A stretch of 64,000 nt of DNA from an uncultured Verrucomicrobiae bacterium (lineage in GTDB: Bacteria; Verrucomicrobiota; Verrucomicrobiia; Chthoniobacterales; Chthoniobacteraceae): the NCBI GenBank assembly GCA_963769025.1, contig CAVYKI010000003.1, positions 1,152,001 to 1,216,000 on the forward strand, in the 5' to 3' direction. Shown here in pieces: positions 32,896 through 43,925 of the stretch (positions are counted from its first letter, which is position 1; every line of letters starts with the position of its first letter). Below the pieces are notes generated by a model, which worked only from the letters and a program-made list of their open reading frames with translations, did no database searches and was not told the origin of the DNA. Both the position numbers and the translations under genes were made by a program.

Positions 32896-35800
32896 TTCGT
32901 CGGATCTTTCCCGAGGAGAAATGTGAGCAGATCGTTCAATTCCGCGGGAGGGATGACCTCGCCAAAGGTCGGCGACATGAGCGAGGTCTCGGTCTCCTTT
33001 CGCTCGGCGATGTCGGCTTTTGCGACGCGCGTCTCCTGGCCGGCGGCATCGGCCAGCACCAGTTGTTCGCCTTCCTCGCGCCGCGGCAGGCCGGCGACGA
33101 CGGAGCCGTTTTTCAACGTCAGGACATTCATGCGAAAGGCGCGGTCCACGTTGCGGTTTGGATCAAGGATGTCTTCCAGCAGACGCTCAGGCCCGCGTCC
33201 GCCGATGCCGTCGAGCTGCGGGCCGAGCAATCCGCCTTTGCCCTCGATCGCGTGGCACACGGCGCAGTTGCGCGCGAAAACGTCCGCGCCACGGGCGGCA
33301 CTCGCCTTTGAGGAATCGTAGGACGCGGCACGCGCGGCGATCATCCGATCGATTTCGGCATTGGCACTCGGCAGGTTGGCGGTGAGCTTTGCGATGCGCG
33401 CGTCCAGGTCGGGAATCTTTGCCGCCTTCAGCCGATCCACGAGCGGCTTGTCGCGGAGCAAAAGCGCGGGTGCCTTTCCATCCGCGCACGCTGCGAGGAG
33501 CAGTTCGCCGCCTTCGCGCGAACTCGCGAGCACGGTCGCGAGCGACTGCTGCAAGCGGCGCGGCGCGGCGCATGAGCGCGGCGGCGATGGCGTCGAATGA
33601 TTTCACCTCCGCGAGCGCGAGCGCGAATTTCTCGCGCAGCGGCGCAGGCGCCGCGGTGTCGGTGACGACGGCGGCGATCTGCGGGAGCAAATCTCTTGCA
33701 CCTGCGCCGAGGAGCGCGCGCGCGGCGGCGGCGCGGGTGTCCGCCTCCGTCGCGGCGCTGAATGCGATCTTCGTGAGCACGGGCTCGAAGCCCGTGAGCT
33801 TCAGCGTGCGGATGAGGTCCGCCGCCGTCTGCATCCGCCGCGATGCGCCCTGTGGCTCGGTGAGCCTGAGCGCCAGCAGCTCCGGCTCAAATCGCGCAAC
33901 GGCGAGCCACGCGTAGGCGCTGCCGGTGTCGCCATCCGTGATCTCGACGAAGCCGCACCGGCCCTCAAACTCCGAAAGATCCCACGTCACCTTCTGCGCC
34001 GTGTCGTTTCGCGGCGGCGCGGCTTCGCGCAGCACGGTGCCGCCCTGGATGTCGCGCAGACGGATGAAGTTTTTTTTCCCCGCAGGCTTGCCGGGGGAGC
34101 CGTCATGCCCGCAGAGGAAAAAGCTGAGCGACTCGGGAAGCATGAATGCGGACGAGCGCACTGCGCCGGTGAGCTTTTCGCCTAGGGGGAAGCTGGACAT
34201 GAACGCGGCTGTCGTTCCATCGGCGCATTTGCGCTGCTCGAAGACCCACGGATTTGCGGACGCCGGGGGACCGTCCACGGGCGAGTTCGTCCACACGGCT
34301 GCGGACTCGGCTGGCGCGAGAAGCGCGGTGACCACTTGCGGTCCCCACGAGCGCAAAGTCGCGCCCGGCGGGATGCCGCGCTGATCGAGCGCGGAGAGCA
34401 GCGCGCTGAGACCCGCGGCGAGCTGCTCGGGATCGCGTCCGAGCTTTTTTTGCGCCAGCGCGAAGAGCGATTCGAGCTTCGCGGAGGGGAGATTGCGCGC
34501 GAGCGTGGGAACGTGCTTTGCGAAAAGTGCGCCGGATGCGTCCTCCTGGTTCTCGAAGAACTTCATGCGGAATTCCGCCGCCGCTTCGCCGGATGCGGCG
34601 AGCAGCATCTCCAGCACGAGCGCGCGATCTTCGGCGGTTTGCCTGTCGAGCGCGAGGCCCGCGAGGACGGCGGGATCGCGGAGCTGGTTGCGCAGCGCGA
34701 TGCGCGTGGCGTGGATGAGGTGGTCGTCGTCGCGCCTGCGTCGTGCGCAGCAGCGCGAGCAGGGGAGCGACGTTTTCGGCGGCGGGATGCGCGGCGATGG
34801 ATTCGGCGGCAGCGCGTCGAACGAATGGATCGGGATCGGCGAGGGCGGTGCGCAACGCGCTCTGGATTGCGGCAGTCTTCTGCCGTTTTCCGTCCGTTGG
34901 CTTTTCGGAGGACTCCCCGCCGCCCGCGGTAAGCCGCAGCTCCCGCAAAGCAGCGGAGGACTGCCGCAGTCCAGAGCCTTCGGCTGCGGCTTTCGTTGCG
35001 TGGATGCGGACGAGGGGATCGTTGTCCTGCATCGCTGCGAGGAGCGTCGCATCGCCGAGCGCACCGAGACGGGAGAGCGCCCACACTGCGTTCAGTTTTT
35101 GGAAGGCGTTCGTCGGTGTGGAGAGCGCGGCGTTGATCGCGGGCGAGCGCGTCAGCGCCGTAGCGGTCGCACAGTTCGTTCAGCGCGAGCGTGCGGCGCG
35201 TGGGATTTGCCGAGCCGAGTTCGGGCACCCAGCCGGCGATGTCCGTAGGCAGCGGGCCGCGGTTCACGAGCGGCGCGCCTTTCTCCCCGCGATAGACGAT
35301 GCGCCAGAGCCGCCCGCGCTCGCGGTCGCGGCCGGGGTGGTTGAGCGGCACTTCGTAGTGGCCGATGATGCGGTTGTAGAAATCCGCGACGTAGAGCGCG
35401 CCGTCCGGGCCCCAGCTCAGGTCCACGGGGCGGAACCACGGATCGTCGGTGCGTCAGGAAATCCGGCATCTCCTTGCCCTTCGACGACGAGCCGTGCCAG
35501 GTGATCGCGTCGTGGTTGATGCGGCTCGTCTGCACGTTGCCGACGAACATGTGGTCCTGCCATTCCGCGGGCCACGCGGGATCGCAGACGTACATCGGCG
35601 CGCAGATCGCGGTGCTGCCGTGCGAGTGCGTGATGGTCGTCGGGCGCAAAGCCGAGGCCGTCGTGCGGCTTGCCGAAGCTCGGGTAGTACGCGCCGCGCA
35701 GGAGTTGGTAGATCGGCGAGCTGTGGCAGTCGGCGCTGAAGAGATTCCCGCGATCATCCCAGCACAGGCCGAAGGGATTCACCTGCCCGAACGTCCAGCC

Positions 35801-36492
35801 CTCGACGCGCGAGCCGTCGAGCCGGATGCGCCATGTGTTGCCGCTCTGGATTTTCAGCTCGCTGCCGTCGCGACCGCGCAGCGTGCTCTCGTTGTTGAAG
35901 CCGTGCGTGCCGTAGAGCCAGCCGTCCGCGCCGCGGCGGAACGACGAGAGGTTGCCGTGCGTGTCGCGCTCCCAGCCGAGCGGGCCGTAGAGCACCTCGC
36001 GTTTGTCCGCCTTGCCGTCGCCGTCGGTGTCCTCCATCAGCCAGATGTTCGGAATGCTCCACACGACGCATTTCCACGTCACTTTGCCGTCCGAATTTTT
36101 GCGACCGGAAGGGATACAGCCCGGTCGGGATGTTCAGCCCGTCGGCGAAAATCTCGACCTTCCGCGCCCGGCCATCCGGCGCGAAGTCGGAGAAAATCGC
36201 GCACGGTGTCGCGGCCCGGCGATCCGTCCTTGATCGCGAATGGGTATTCGCGCGACTCGGTGATCCACAGCCGGCCGAGCGCGTCCCACTGCATGTTCAT
36301 CGGCTTGCGCAGATCGGGCTCGCTCGCGACGAGCTGGATTTCAAATCCCGGCGGCAGGTGAAACGTCGCGCGCTGCTGCTCCGGCGTGAGCGGCTCGGTG
36401 GGGCGGACGAGTTCCGCGAAGGGATCCTTTTTCTCCGCTGCGAGACTGGGGAGGGCGAAAATGGCAAGGAGTGGGAGGGTGCGGAGGTTCAT
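32892..36492 (-). CDS. Third PVC-type heme-binding dehydrogenase-domain protein (frameshifted)
   Basis: Signal MNLRTLPLLAIFALP, LPPGFEIQLVASEP, KPMNMQWDALGRLWITESREYP, DTDGDGKADKR, GPDGALYVADFYNRIIGHYEV, HEAT repeats, CAVCH, GPQLDGIG, ILDPNRNVD. Confidence 0.85.
34859..34977. repeat. REP-like inverted repeat inserted in frame within a CDS
   Basis: Arm GCTCTGGATTGCGGCAGTCTTCTGCCGTTTT (34859-34889) versus reverse complement GCTCTGGACTGCGGCAGTCCTCCGCTGCTTT of 34947-34977: 26/31, mismatches all C/T. Confidence 0.8.
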
Positions 36493-36833
36493 GCGGGCGA
36501 TGTCCTGCGATTCAATCACCCGCCGCGCACAAACTCAGCACAAAGGTGCTCCTGGGCTCAGGCCGCCGGCATTTCTGCTCGCCTTCACGACCGCGGGGCC
36601 GTAGCGAGGAGCCATGCCGCTGTTCCTTTTCGAGCCAGACCGCCGGGTGTCGCTGCGCGCGTTTTCTGCACTGGCGCTGGCGGTGATTTTTTACCTGGCC
36701 CAGTGAGGTCCTCGAGGTCGGTTTCCGGCCGAAAGCTCCTGCTGGACTAACGGGAAAACCTGTTGCACGGTGCTGATCCAAGTACCGGTCGCGGTGGCGA
36801 AAAAGTCGCGGCGACTTTCATGTCCTCAACCTG

Positions 36834-37772
36834 ATGCACCTCTCCCGTCTTATTCCCGCCATCGCCCTTCTGGCTGCCCCCGTTTGTCTGGCACAATTGC
36901 CTCCGTCGCTGATCAAGCCTGGGCAACCAGTCGCACCTGCGCCGGTCGTCCCCGCACCCGTGGTGCCGGTGGCGCCTGCAGCCCCGGCTGCGGACGCAAC
37001 CCCGGCGGCTCCGGGGCTCCCGAATGCGCTGACCCCCGAAGAGCAGGCGCAGGGCTGGATCCTCCTTTTCGACGGCAAACGGCTTTTTGGGCTCCGCGGT
37101 TTGCAGCGGACGGACCCGCTTTCGGCAGGCTGGAAGATTCAGGACGGCGAACTGAATCTGCCGAAAGAAGTGAGGGACATGGAGAAGATGACCGGCGGCG
37201 ACATCATCACGCTGGATTTCTACTGGGATTTCGACTTCCGCTTTGAATGGAAGACGACCGTGGCTGCGAACAGCGGCGTGCGATACATGATGGTCGAGCG
37301 CGTCGGCGAGATTCCCGTCGGCTTGGAATATCAGATCATCGACGACGTGCATAACAGCATCAGTCTCAAAGGCGGGTTGCTGCGCCGCAGCGGATCGCTG
37401 GATAACATCCTGCCGGTGGGCGCGAACGCGAAGCTGCGCACCGCGGACCCTCTGAACCGGGTCGGCGACCCGTGGAATGAAGGGCGCATCCTCGTGCAGG
37501 GCACGCGTGTCGAGCACTGGATGAACGGCGAAAAGGTGCTGGAATACGGGCTCGGCCCGCAGCTCAAGAAGATCGCCGAGGCGAACAAAACGCGCGTCCC
37601 GCTGACTTACGGGCAGAAGAGCCGGACCCGCATCGCCCTCCTGGATCAGGGCACGGAGATCGCCTTTCGGAATTTGAAAATCCGCCCGCTGGCTCCTCAG
37701 GCGATGGTGATTCCCGGCACGGCACGTCCCGGCGGCACGGTGCCGAATCCGCTGCTCATCCCGCGCAAGTAG
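36834..37772 (+). CDS. DUF1080 (3-keto-disaccharide hydrolase-like) protein
   Basis: Signal peptide and Pro/Ala linker, then LTPEEQAQGWILLFDGK, FRFEWK, NSGVRY, EYQIIDD, WNEGRI, VEHWMNG, IAFRNLKIRPL. Confidence 0.9.
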   Translation: MHLSRLIPAIALLAAPVCLAQLPPSLIKPGQPVAPAPVVPAPVVPVAPAAPAADATPAAPGLPNALTPEEQAQGWILLFDGKRLFGLRGLQRTDPLSAGWKIQDGELNLPKEVRDMEKMTGGDIITLDFYWDFDFRFEWKTTVAANSGVRYMMVERVGEIPVGLEYQIIDDVHNSISLKGGLLRRSGSLDNILPVGANAKLRTADPLNRVGDPWNEGRILVQGTRVEHWMNGEKVLEYGLGPQLKKIAEANKTRVPLTYGQKSRTRIALLDQGTEIAFRNLKIRPLAPQAMVIPGTARPGGTVPNPLLIPRK

Positions 37773-37820
37773 CCGGCCAGCTGCCGGGCTTTGCAGCGGA
37801 CGGGAGCGCCGCGGTGCAGT

Positions 37821-39074
37821 TCACTTTCCGATCGAGATGAGCTGCGAGTGGGTGCGGACGTAGAGGCGCCCGCCGCTGACCGCGGGCGTGGCGTAGCTGT
37901 TCTTCTCGTCGAGAGGGAAACGCTGGATGAGGTGGAACTTGTCGTCGGCGGCGAGCACGACGAGTTCGCCGGAGCGCGTCACATTGTAGAGCCGTCCGCC
38001 TTTTCCGCCGACGCAGATGGGGCTGGAGTAATACGGCCCCTCGGCGCGCTCGCTCCAGAGCTGCTCGCCGTCCGCGGAGCGCACGCAGGTCACGGTTCCG
38101 TTCTCTTTCCACAGGAAAAGCCGGTCGCCAGCGACGACGGGCGTCGGGACGTAGCCGCCGATGCGGACGATCTCGTAGGCCTTCGCGGGCTGGCTCGTGG
38201 CTCCGCCTTTGATCACCTGGACCTCGCTCGCCGCCTGGCCCTGGCCGCATTGCGCGACGATCATTCCTTCATGCGTGACGACGGGCGATGCGACGCAGCG
38301 GAGCTTGAAGATGTCCGCGATGCCCCAGAGCCTTTTGCCCGTCGCGGGGTCAAAACCGAGCAGGCCGTTGTCCGTGCTCAGACTGACGAGTTGCAAGCCG
38401 TCCTTGCCCGCGAGGAAGCACGGCGTCGAAATGGCGTGCTGTCCTCCCTTGAGTTCGTTTTTCCAGAGCTGCTTGCCGGTCGCCGCATCCCACGAGGCGA
38501 TGAATGAACCGGGCTCGTCCTGGCTGCTTTGCAAAATGACCTGGCCTTTCTCCACGATGGGCGACGCTCCGGCTCCGTGCTGCGATTTGAACGGCCCGAG
38601 GTCCGCCTTCCACACCTGCTTGCCGTCAGCCTGCGCGAGCGCGATGAGCTCGCTGTGGTCCGGCCCGGCGATCCAGACATAGACGCGCTCGGCGTCCACG
38701 GTGCATGAGGGGCTGGCGAAGCTGTTGTCCGCGTGCTTGCGGTAGATGCCCGTGGCGTATTCGCGCTGCCATTGGATCTTCCCGTCCTTCGCGCCGACGC
38801 AGACGACGATGCGCTTTGCCTCGGCATCCGGCGCGGCGGCGGGTGTGCATGTGACGAAAATGCGGTCGCCCCACACCACCGGCGATGAATGCCCGGTGCC
38901 GGGGAGTGCGCAGCGCCAGTTGATGTCCGTTGCCGCGAGCTGCTCGGGCAGATTTGCCTTGGCGTTGCCGGAGCCGTTCGGCCCGCGGAAGCGCGTCCAT
39001 TCCTGCGCCTGCGCGGTGAAGGTGAGGGCGACGATGGCAGCGGGGAGGAGATGACGGAGAACGGGGGTGCGCAT
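37821..39074 (-). CDS. PQQ-like beta-propeller repeat protein
   Basis: EWTRFRGPNGSG, GHSSPVVWGDRIFVT, repeated DxxTGKxLW, YYSSP, YATPAVSGGRLYVRT. Confidence 0.9.
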   Translation of the reverse strand: MRTPVLRHLLPAAIVALTFTAQAQEWTRFRGPNGSGNAKANLPEQLAATDINWRCALPGTGHSSPVVWGDRIFVTCTPAAAPDAEAKRIVVCVGAKDGKIQWQREYATGIYRKHADNSFASPSCTVDAERVYVWIAGPDHSELIALAQADGKQVWKADLGPFKSQHGAGASPIVEKGQVILQSSQDEPGSFIASWDAATGKQLWKNELKGGQHAISTPCFLAGKDGLQLVSLSTDNGLLGFDPATGKRLWGIADIFKLRCVASPVVTHEGMIVAQCGQGQAASEVQVIKGGATSQPAKAYEIVRIGGYVPTPVVAGDRLFLWKENGTVTCVRSADGEQLWSERAEGPYYSSPICVGGKGGRLYNVTRSGELVVLAADDKFHLIQRFPLDEKNSYATPAVSGGRLYVRTHSQLISIGK

Positions 39075-39211
39075 ATGCGAAGTGGGGTTGGGACGTGAGG
39101 GGGACGAGTTGAGAGGCGAACGGCGCATTCCCGCAAGCACGGAAAGTTTGCGGCGTGTGTCGGCCCAGCGCGTCCACTTGCGCTCGCGGCAACGGCCCGC
39201 TAGCCTCCGCA

Positions 39212-40039
39212 ATGCTTCCGCAGCGCGATTCGATCCTGTCGCTCCTCGCCGACGAAGACTCGGACACCGCCGGGCTCGTGCAGAATCAGCTCGTCGCGCG
39301 GGGCCCCGAGGTGCTTGAGGACATCCGCGACCTCCTGCCGGACGCGACCGGACGCGCCGAGCGGCGGCTGAAGGAAATCGTCGCGCAGATCGCGGGCGAT
39401 GCGGCGGAGAAGAAATTCGGATCCCTGTGCGCAGCATTCGGTCCCGGCAGCGACATCGAGGATGCCGCATGGACGCTGGCTGCCGTCGTCGCGCCGGGTG
39501 AGGATTTTACGGAAGAACAACAGCGGCTCGACGAATGGGCCGCCACGCTCGCGCGCAGGCTCGTCGGAAAGGAAACCGTGATCCAGCAGTGCGCGGCGGT
39601 GTCGGCGCTGCTCGGCACCGAGCTGGGTTTGCGGGGCAACGAGGACAATTATTACGCCGAGGAAAATTCACTGCTCCCGCGCGTCATCATCCACCGGTGC
39701 GGAAATCCGATCACGCTCTGCCTCGTTTACATGGCCGTATGCAAGCGCGCGGGCCTGCACGTGGAAGGCGTGGGGTTGCCCGGGCATTTCGTCGTGCGTC
39801 TGGGCGGCGTGTTTTTTGATCCGTTCCACGGCGGCCGCCGCCTCCAGCTCGAGGACTGCCAGAAGCTGCTCGAAAGCCAGCGGCTCGAGCTCCAGCCGCA
39901 TCACCTCCAGCCGTGCAAACCGCACGTGATGCTCGCCCGGATGCTGAACAACCTGCTCCACGCCGCGGAAACCGGCGACCCGAAGCTGGGCGAGAAGCTG
40001 CACGGCTGGCTGCAGATTTTGCAAAAGGCGACGGTCTAG
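39212..40039 (+). CDS. SirB1/transglutaminase-like core protein
   Basis: GNEDNYYAEENSLL, GNPITLCLVY, GVGLPGHFVV, FFDPFHGG, MLARMLNNL. Confidence 0.85.
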   Translation: MLPQRDSILSLLADEDSDTAGLVQNQLVARGPEVLEDIRDLLPDATGRAERRLKEIVAQIAGDAAEKKFGSLCAAFGPGSDIEDAAWTLAAVVAPGEDFTEEQQRLDEWAATLARRLVGKETVIQQCAAVSALLGTELGLRGNEDNYYAEENSLLPRVIIHRCGNPITLCLVYMAVCKRAGLHVEGVGLPGHFVVRLGGVFFDPFHGGRRLQLEDCQKLLESQRLELQPHHLQPCKPHVMLARMLNNLLHAAETGDPKLGEKLHGWLQILQKATV

Positions 40040-40062
40040 GGCGAGGCGCGGCACACGGGTTC

Positions 40063-41349
40063 ATGCGAGTCGAAGTCATCAACACCGGCACCGAGCTGAT
40101 GCTCGGCGGCACCGTGAACACGCACCTCGCATTGCTCGCGCGCGAGCTGTTCCCGCTCGGGCTGCGCGTGCAGCGGCAGGTGACGGTGCCGGATGGCGAG
40201 GCGATCCGCGACGCGCTGCGCGACACATTTTCAAAAGCCGACATCGTGCTCGTGACCGGCGGTCTCGGGCCGACGACGGACGACCTCACGCGCGACATCG
40301 TCGCGGACCTGCTCGGGCAGAAGCTGGAGCACGACGAGGATATCTGGGTCGCGATCCAGGAGCGCTTCCGTCGGCGTGCGCTGAAAGTCGGCGACCGGAT
40401 CAAGCTCCAGGCGCTGCGTCCGCGCGAGGCGGCGGTGCTGGCGAATCCCCACGGCACCGCGCCCGGGTTGCACATTCCGCCGGTGCCGGCACTGGGATCG
40501 CCGCACATTTTCCTGCTGCCCGGCCCGCCCCGCGAACTCCTGCCGATGGTGCGCGAAAAACTGCTGCCGATCCTCGCCAGCCTGCTCCCGCCCGGCGCCG
40601 TGCAGGAGATGCGCGGCTTCCGCGTACTCGGGATCGGCGAATCGGTCGTGGAGGAGAAGGTCGGCGAGGATCTCATCGGCATGGGACTCGAGGTCGGCTA
40701 CTGCGCGCGGCCCGGCGAGGTGGACCTGCGTATCATCGGCCCGGCGGCCGTGCTCGACCGGGCGGAAACGCTCATCCGCGAGCGGCTGGGCAAATGGATT
40801 TTCACCAGCGACGAGCGCGAACTTTCGGGCGTCGTCGTCGAGAAACTGACCGCGCTCGGAAAAACCGTCGCGACCGCCGAGAGCTGCACGGGCGGCTTCG
40901 TGGCGAACCAGTTCACCAACGTCGCCGGGGCGTCGAAGGTGTTCCTTGCGGGCTACGTCACCTACGCCAACGAGGCGAAGACCGCGGCGCTCGGCGTCGA
41001 TCCTGCACTCATCCGCGAACACGGCGCCGTGAGCGAACAAGTCGCGCAGCAGATGGCCGAAGGCGCGCTGGAAAAGGCGGGATCGGATTTTGCGCTGGCG
41101 ACCACCGGCATCGCCGGGCCGGACGGCGGCTCGCCGGGGAAGCCCGTGGGCACCGTTTTCGTCGCGCTCGCCGAACGGGGCCGCGAGACACTCGTGCAGC
41201 ACCACCGCTTCCCGACGGATCGCGAGACTTTCAAACACCTCGTGTCACAAACGGCGATGGACCTGCTGCTCCGCCGCCTCGACGGCCGCGACCCTTCCGT
41301 GACCGAGAATTTCTCCGCCGGTGACGGCACCTGCGGAAGGAAAATCTAA
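40063..41349 (+). CDS. cinA: Competence/damage-inducible protein CinA (MoCF-like domain plus NMN deamidase)
   Basis: EVINTGTELMLG, TGGLGPTTDDLT, LLPGPPREL, ATAESCTGG, GAVSEQVAQQMAEG, TTGIAGPDGG. Confidence 0.95.
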   Translation: MRVEVINTGTELMLGGTVNTHLALLARELFPLGLRVQRQVTVPDGEAIRDALRDTFSKADIVLVTGGLGPTTDDLTRDIVADLLGQKLEHDEDIWVAIQERFRRRALKVGDRIKLQALRPREAAVLANPHGTAPGLHIPPVPALGSPHIFLLPGPPRELLPMVREKLLPILASLLPPGAVQEMRGFRVLGIGESVVEEKVGEDLIGMGLEVGYCARPGEVDLRIIGPAAVLDRAETLIRERLGKWIFTSDERELSGVVVEKLTALGKTVATAESCTGGFVANQFTNVAGASKVFLAGYVTYANEAKTAALGVDPALIREHGAVSEQVAQQMAEGALEKAGSDFALATTGIAGPDGGSPGKPVGTVFVALAERGRETLVQHHRFPTDRETFKHLVSQTAMDLLLRRLDGRDPSVTENFSAGDGTCGRKI

Positions 41350-41475
41350 GCCGCGTCCGGCCCCGCCGCGCCGCATTTCTGCGCGGCTTTACTCGCGCCT
41401 TGTTCGCTGTTCACCTGTCGGCGCCTTCTCGCAAGGCACGCTTACGAACCCGCAACACCCACGCACCCCGCCAAA

Positions 41476-42558
41476 ATGGACAAAGACGCAAAGGCCTTCC
41501 TCTTCGACCTCCTCGCCACGCCAAGCCCGACCGGCTTCGAACTCGGAGGACAGCGCAAATGGGCCGCATACGTCCGCAGTTTTTCCGATCGCGTGGAAAA
41601 TGACGCCTACGGGAACGCGTGGGCGACACTCGACGGCCGCAACCCGAAAGGGAGGCGCATCATGCTGGAGGCGCACGCGGACGAAATTGGTTTCATCGTG
41701 AAGCACATCTCGAAGGAAGGCTTCCTCCGCGTGGATCGCGTCGGCGGCAGCGATACGGCGACTGCGCGTGGCCGGCGGCTCGACATCCTCGGGGACAAGG
41801 GCGTCGTCCGCGGCATCATCGGCAACACCGCCATCCACCTTCGCAAGGACAGCCTCGCCGACGAGAAGGCGCCGAAAATCCACGAGCTGTATGTGGACGT
41901 GGGCGTCTCATCGGACAAGGAGGCGGCTAAGCTCGGCCTCCGAGTCGGGCATCCCGCAGTGTATGCCGACAATGCCGAGGAGTTCGGCCCGCACCGCATC
42001 GTGGGCCGCGCGCTCGACAACCGGCTCGGCGGTTTCATCCTCTCGCAAGTCCTCGCGCGCCTTTCCAAAAACCGCGCGAAGCTCCAGAGCACCGTCGTCG
42101 CCGTGAACGCCGTGCAGGAGGAAATCGGCGGCCACGGCGCGAAGATGGCCGCGCACCGGCTGATGCCTGACGTGGCCATCGTCCTTGACGTCACGCACGC
42201 CACCGACACGCCTGGCATCGATCATTCCGTGCATGGCGAGGTGAAATTCGGCGCCGGGCCGAGCATCACGCACGGCACGTGCAACCACCCGAAGGTCATC
42301 AAGCGCATCATCAAGGTCGCGGAGAAAAACAAGATCGTGCTGCAGCACGAGAGCAGCTCGCGCTACAGCGGCACCGATACCGACGTCATCTTCAACGTGA
42401 AGGAAGGCATCCCCAGCGCGCTGATTTCACTGCCGCTCCGCTACATGCATTCGGTCGTGGAAATGGCGGACCTGCGCGACGTGGAAAAGACCATCGAACT
42501 CATCGCCCGTTTCGTCGAGAGCGTGACGGATGACGATGATTTCGCGCACAAGCTGTAG
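41476..42558 (+). CDS. M42-family metallopeptidase
   Basis: AHADEIG, RALDNRLG, VQEEIG, LDVTH, GTDTD, PLRYMHS. Confidence 0.92.
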   Translation: MDKDAKAFLFDLLATPSPTGFELGGQRKWAAYVRSFSDRVENDAYGNAWATLDGRNPKGRRIMLEAHADEIGFIVKHISKEGFLRVDRVGGSDTATARGRRLDILGDKGVVRGIIGNTAIHLRKDSLADEKAPKIHELYVDVGVSSDKEAAKLGLRVGHPAVYADNAEEFGPHRIVGRALDNRLGGFILSQVLARLSKNRAKLQSTVVAVNAVQEEIGGHGAKMAAHRLMPDVAIVLDVTHATDTPGIDHSVHGEVKFGAGPSITHGTCNHPKVIKRIIKVAEKNKIVLQHESSSRYSGTDTDVIFNVKEGIPSALISLPLRYMHSVVEMADLRDVEKTIELIARFVESVTDDDDFAHKL

Positions 42559-42742
42559 CTGGTCGGCTCGCAAAATTTCTTCTTCGTCTGCTGCAAGGCC
42601 AACATCCACCGCAGATCGGCACTGGCGAGGATGGGGGCTGGTCCCAAATGGAGTCAGCGGGAAGCGGGACTGAGTGCTCTGCCGTCCATAAATCAACGGA
42701 CCCAGCGTATCCAAGCTGCAGGATTCGTGATCCGGACGCCGG

Positions 42743-43753
42743 TTACTGAGAATCGATAATAGCCACCTTCAACAGGCGGTTATCGATTGCAAAGCCCGCT
42801 GTTCGTAAGGCGCGAAGGTTGACTCGAAAGCGAATCTTGTCCTCGGCAGGAGTGAATTCGATCATGCCTCCCCGTGCGGTGAATTTTTCCGTCTCGCCGA
42901 CGGTGAGGGTCTTGGTGTCCGCGAATGAACGGAGTATTTCCTGAATGCTTCCACGCTCGGAGTTGCTGATGAAAACCATCTGTGCGCCGCGCAGGTCGGC
43001 GGAATCCCGTGCGCGCTTGATCGCAAAGGGCATCCCTTCCCCCCGTTGGTCCCCGAGCACCGTGTCCAGGACGTTGCCGAACGGGTCGTCGCCGAGGATG
43101 CCAATGGTGAAGACCTCATTCGCTGGGGAGGATGCCCCGGCCGGCCGGCGCACAAATCGTGCGAAATAGACGAGAAACGCCGCCTTTATTTGGTACTCGT
43201 CTGCGGCAGAACCAGTCGCGCGCAGGAGAACTGGCGGAACGGGATTCCCAACTTGAGCATCCGCCCGCTCCGCAGTTGGGGCCGTGAACGAAGGAGGCTG
43301 TGAGTCCGGGGTGACCTCACTCGGAGGAACGGATGCGGGCACAGCTCCGATGGCATCGGTGGCCAGACCCGCCCGTGACGCACGTTCTGGCATGGTGTCT
43401 TCTGCCTTGCGAGTGGTGAGAGGCGACCCGGACTTTGAAAAGGAGACCGTGCGGGCGGGAGAAACGGGAGGCGAGTCCTCCGACAGTGGTTTCAGTGCAC
43501 CACCCGCAGGTTTTGCCAGCCGGTGAGGGAAGATGTCCGCGAGGAATGCTGCAGCGACCAGGGCGGTAACGGCGGCCAGAGTGGCGATGGCGAATAACCC
43601 CCGACGCACGTTTAATCGTAACCGTGCGATTTCCGCTTCCGCCTTGGCCAGGCGCTCGGCCTCGCCCCGTCGCTCCTCCTGCATCCGGAGTTGTGCCTCG
43701 ATTTCCGCGGCGACACCGGGACGCAGGAACGGATCTCGATCAGGACCGAACAT
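42743..43753 (-). CDS. YfiR/DUF4154-domain protein with N-terminal TM and Pro-rich linker
   Basis: EYQIKAAFLVYFARFV, IGILGDDPFG, LTVGETEKFTARGGMIEF, IRFRVNL. TM segment GLFAIATLAAVTALVAAAFLA. Confidence 0.75.
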   Translation of the reverse strand: MFGPDRDPFLRPGVAAEIEAQLRMQEERRGEAERLAKAEAEIARLRLNVRRGLFAIATLAAVTALVAAAFLADIFPHRLAKPAGGALKPLSEDSPPVSPARTVSFSKSGSPLTTRKAEDTMPERASRAGLATDAIGAVPASVPPSEVTPDSQPPSFTAPTAERADAQVGNPVPPVLLRATGSAADEYQIKAAFLVYFARFVRRPAGASSPANEVFTIGILGDDPFGNVLDTVLGDQRGEGMPFAIKRARDSADLRGAQMVFISNSERGSIQEILRSFADTKTLTVGETEKFTARGGMIEFTPAEDKIRFRVNLRALRTAGFAIDNRLLKVAIIDSQ

Positions 43754-43925
43754 GAGCGAGGCTTGCACCCGTGGGGCGTGCGCACAAGCCCATTCAAAAG
43801 TACCGCGAGCGGTTGGCCGTGATTGCCGCGGTTCCGACGACGCCACGCCTTGACGCTCGCGCCCGCGCCGCGCAAGGTCCGCGTGCATCGTGATCGACGC
43901 GATTGCAGGGAAATCCAGGGACTTT

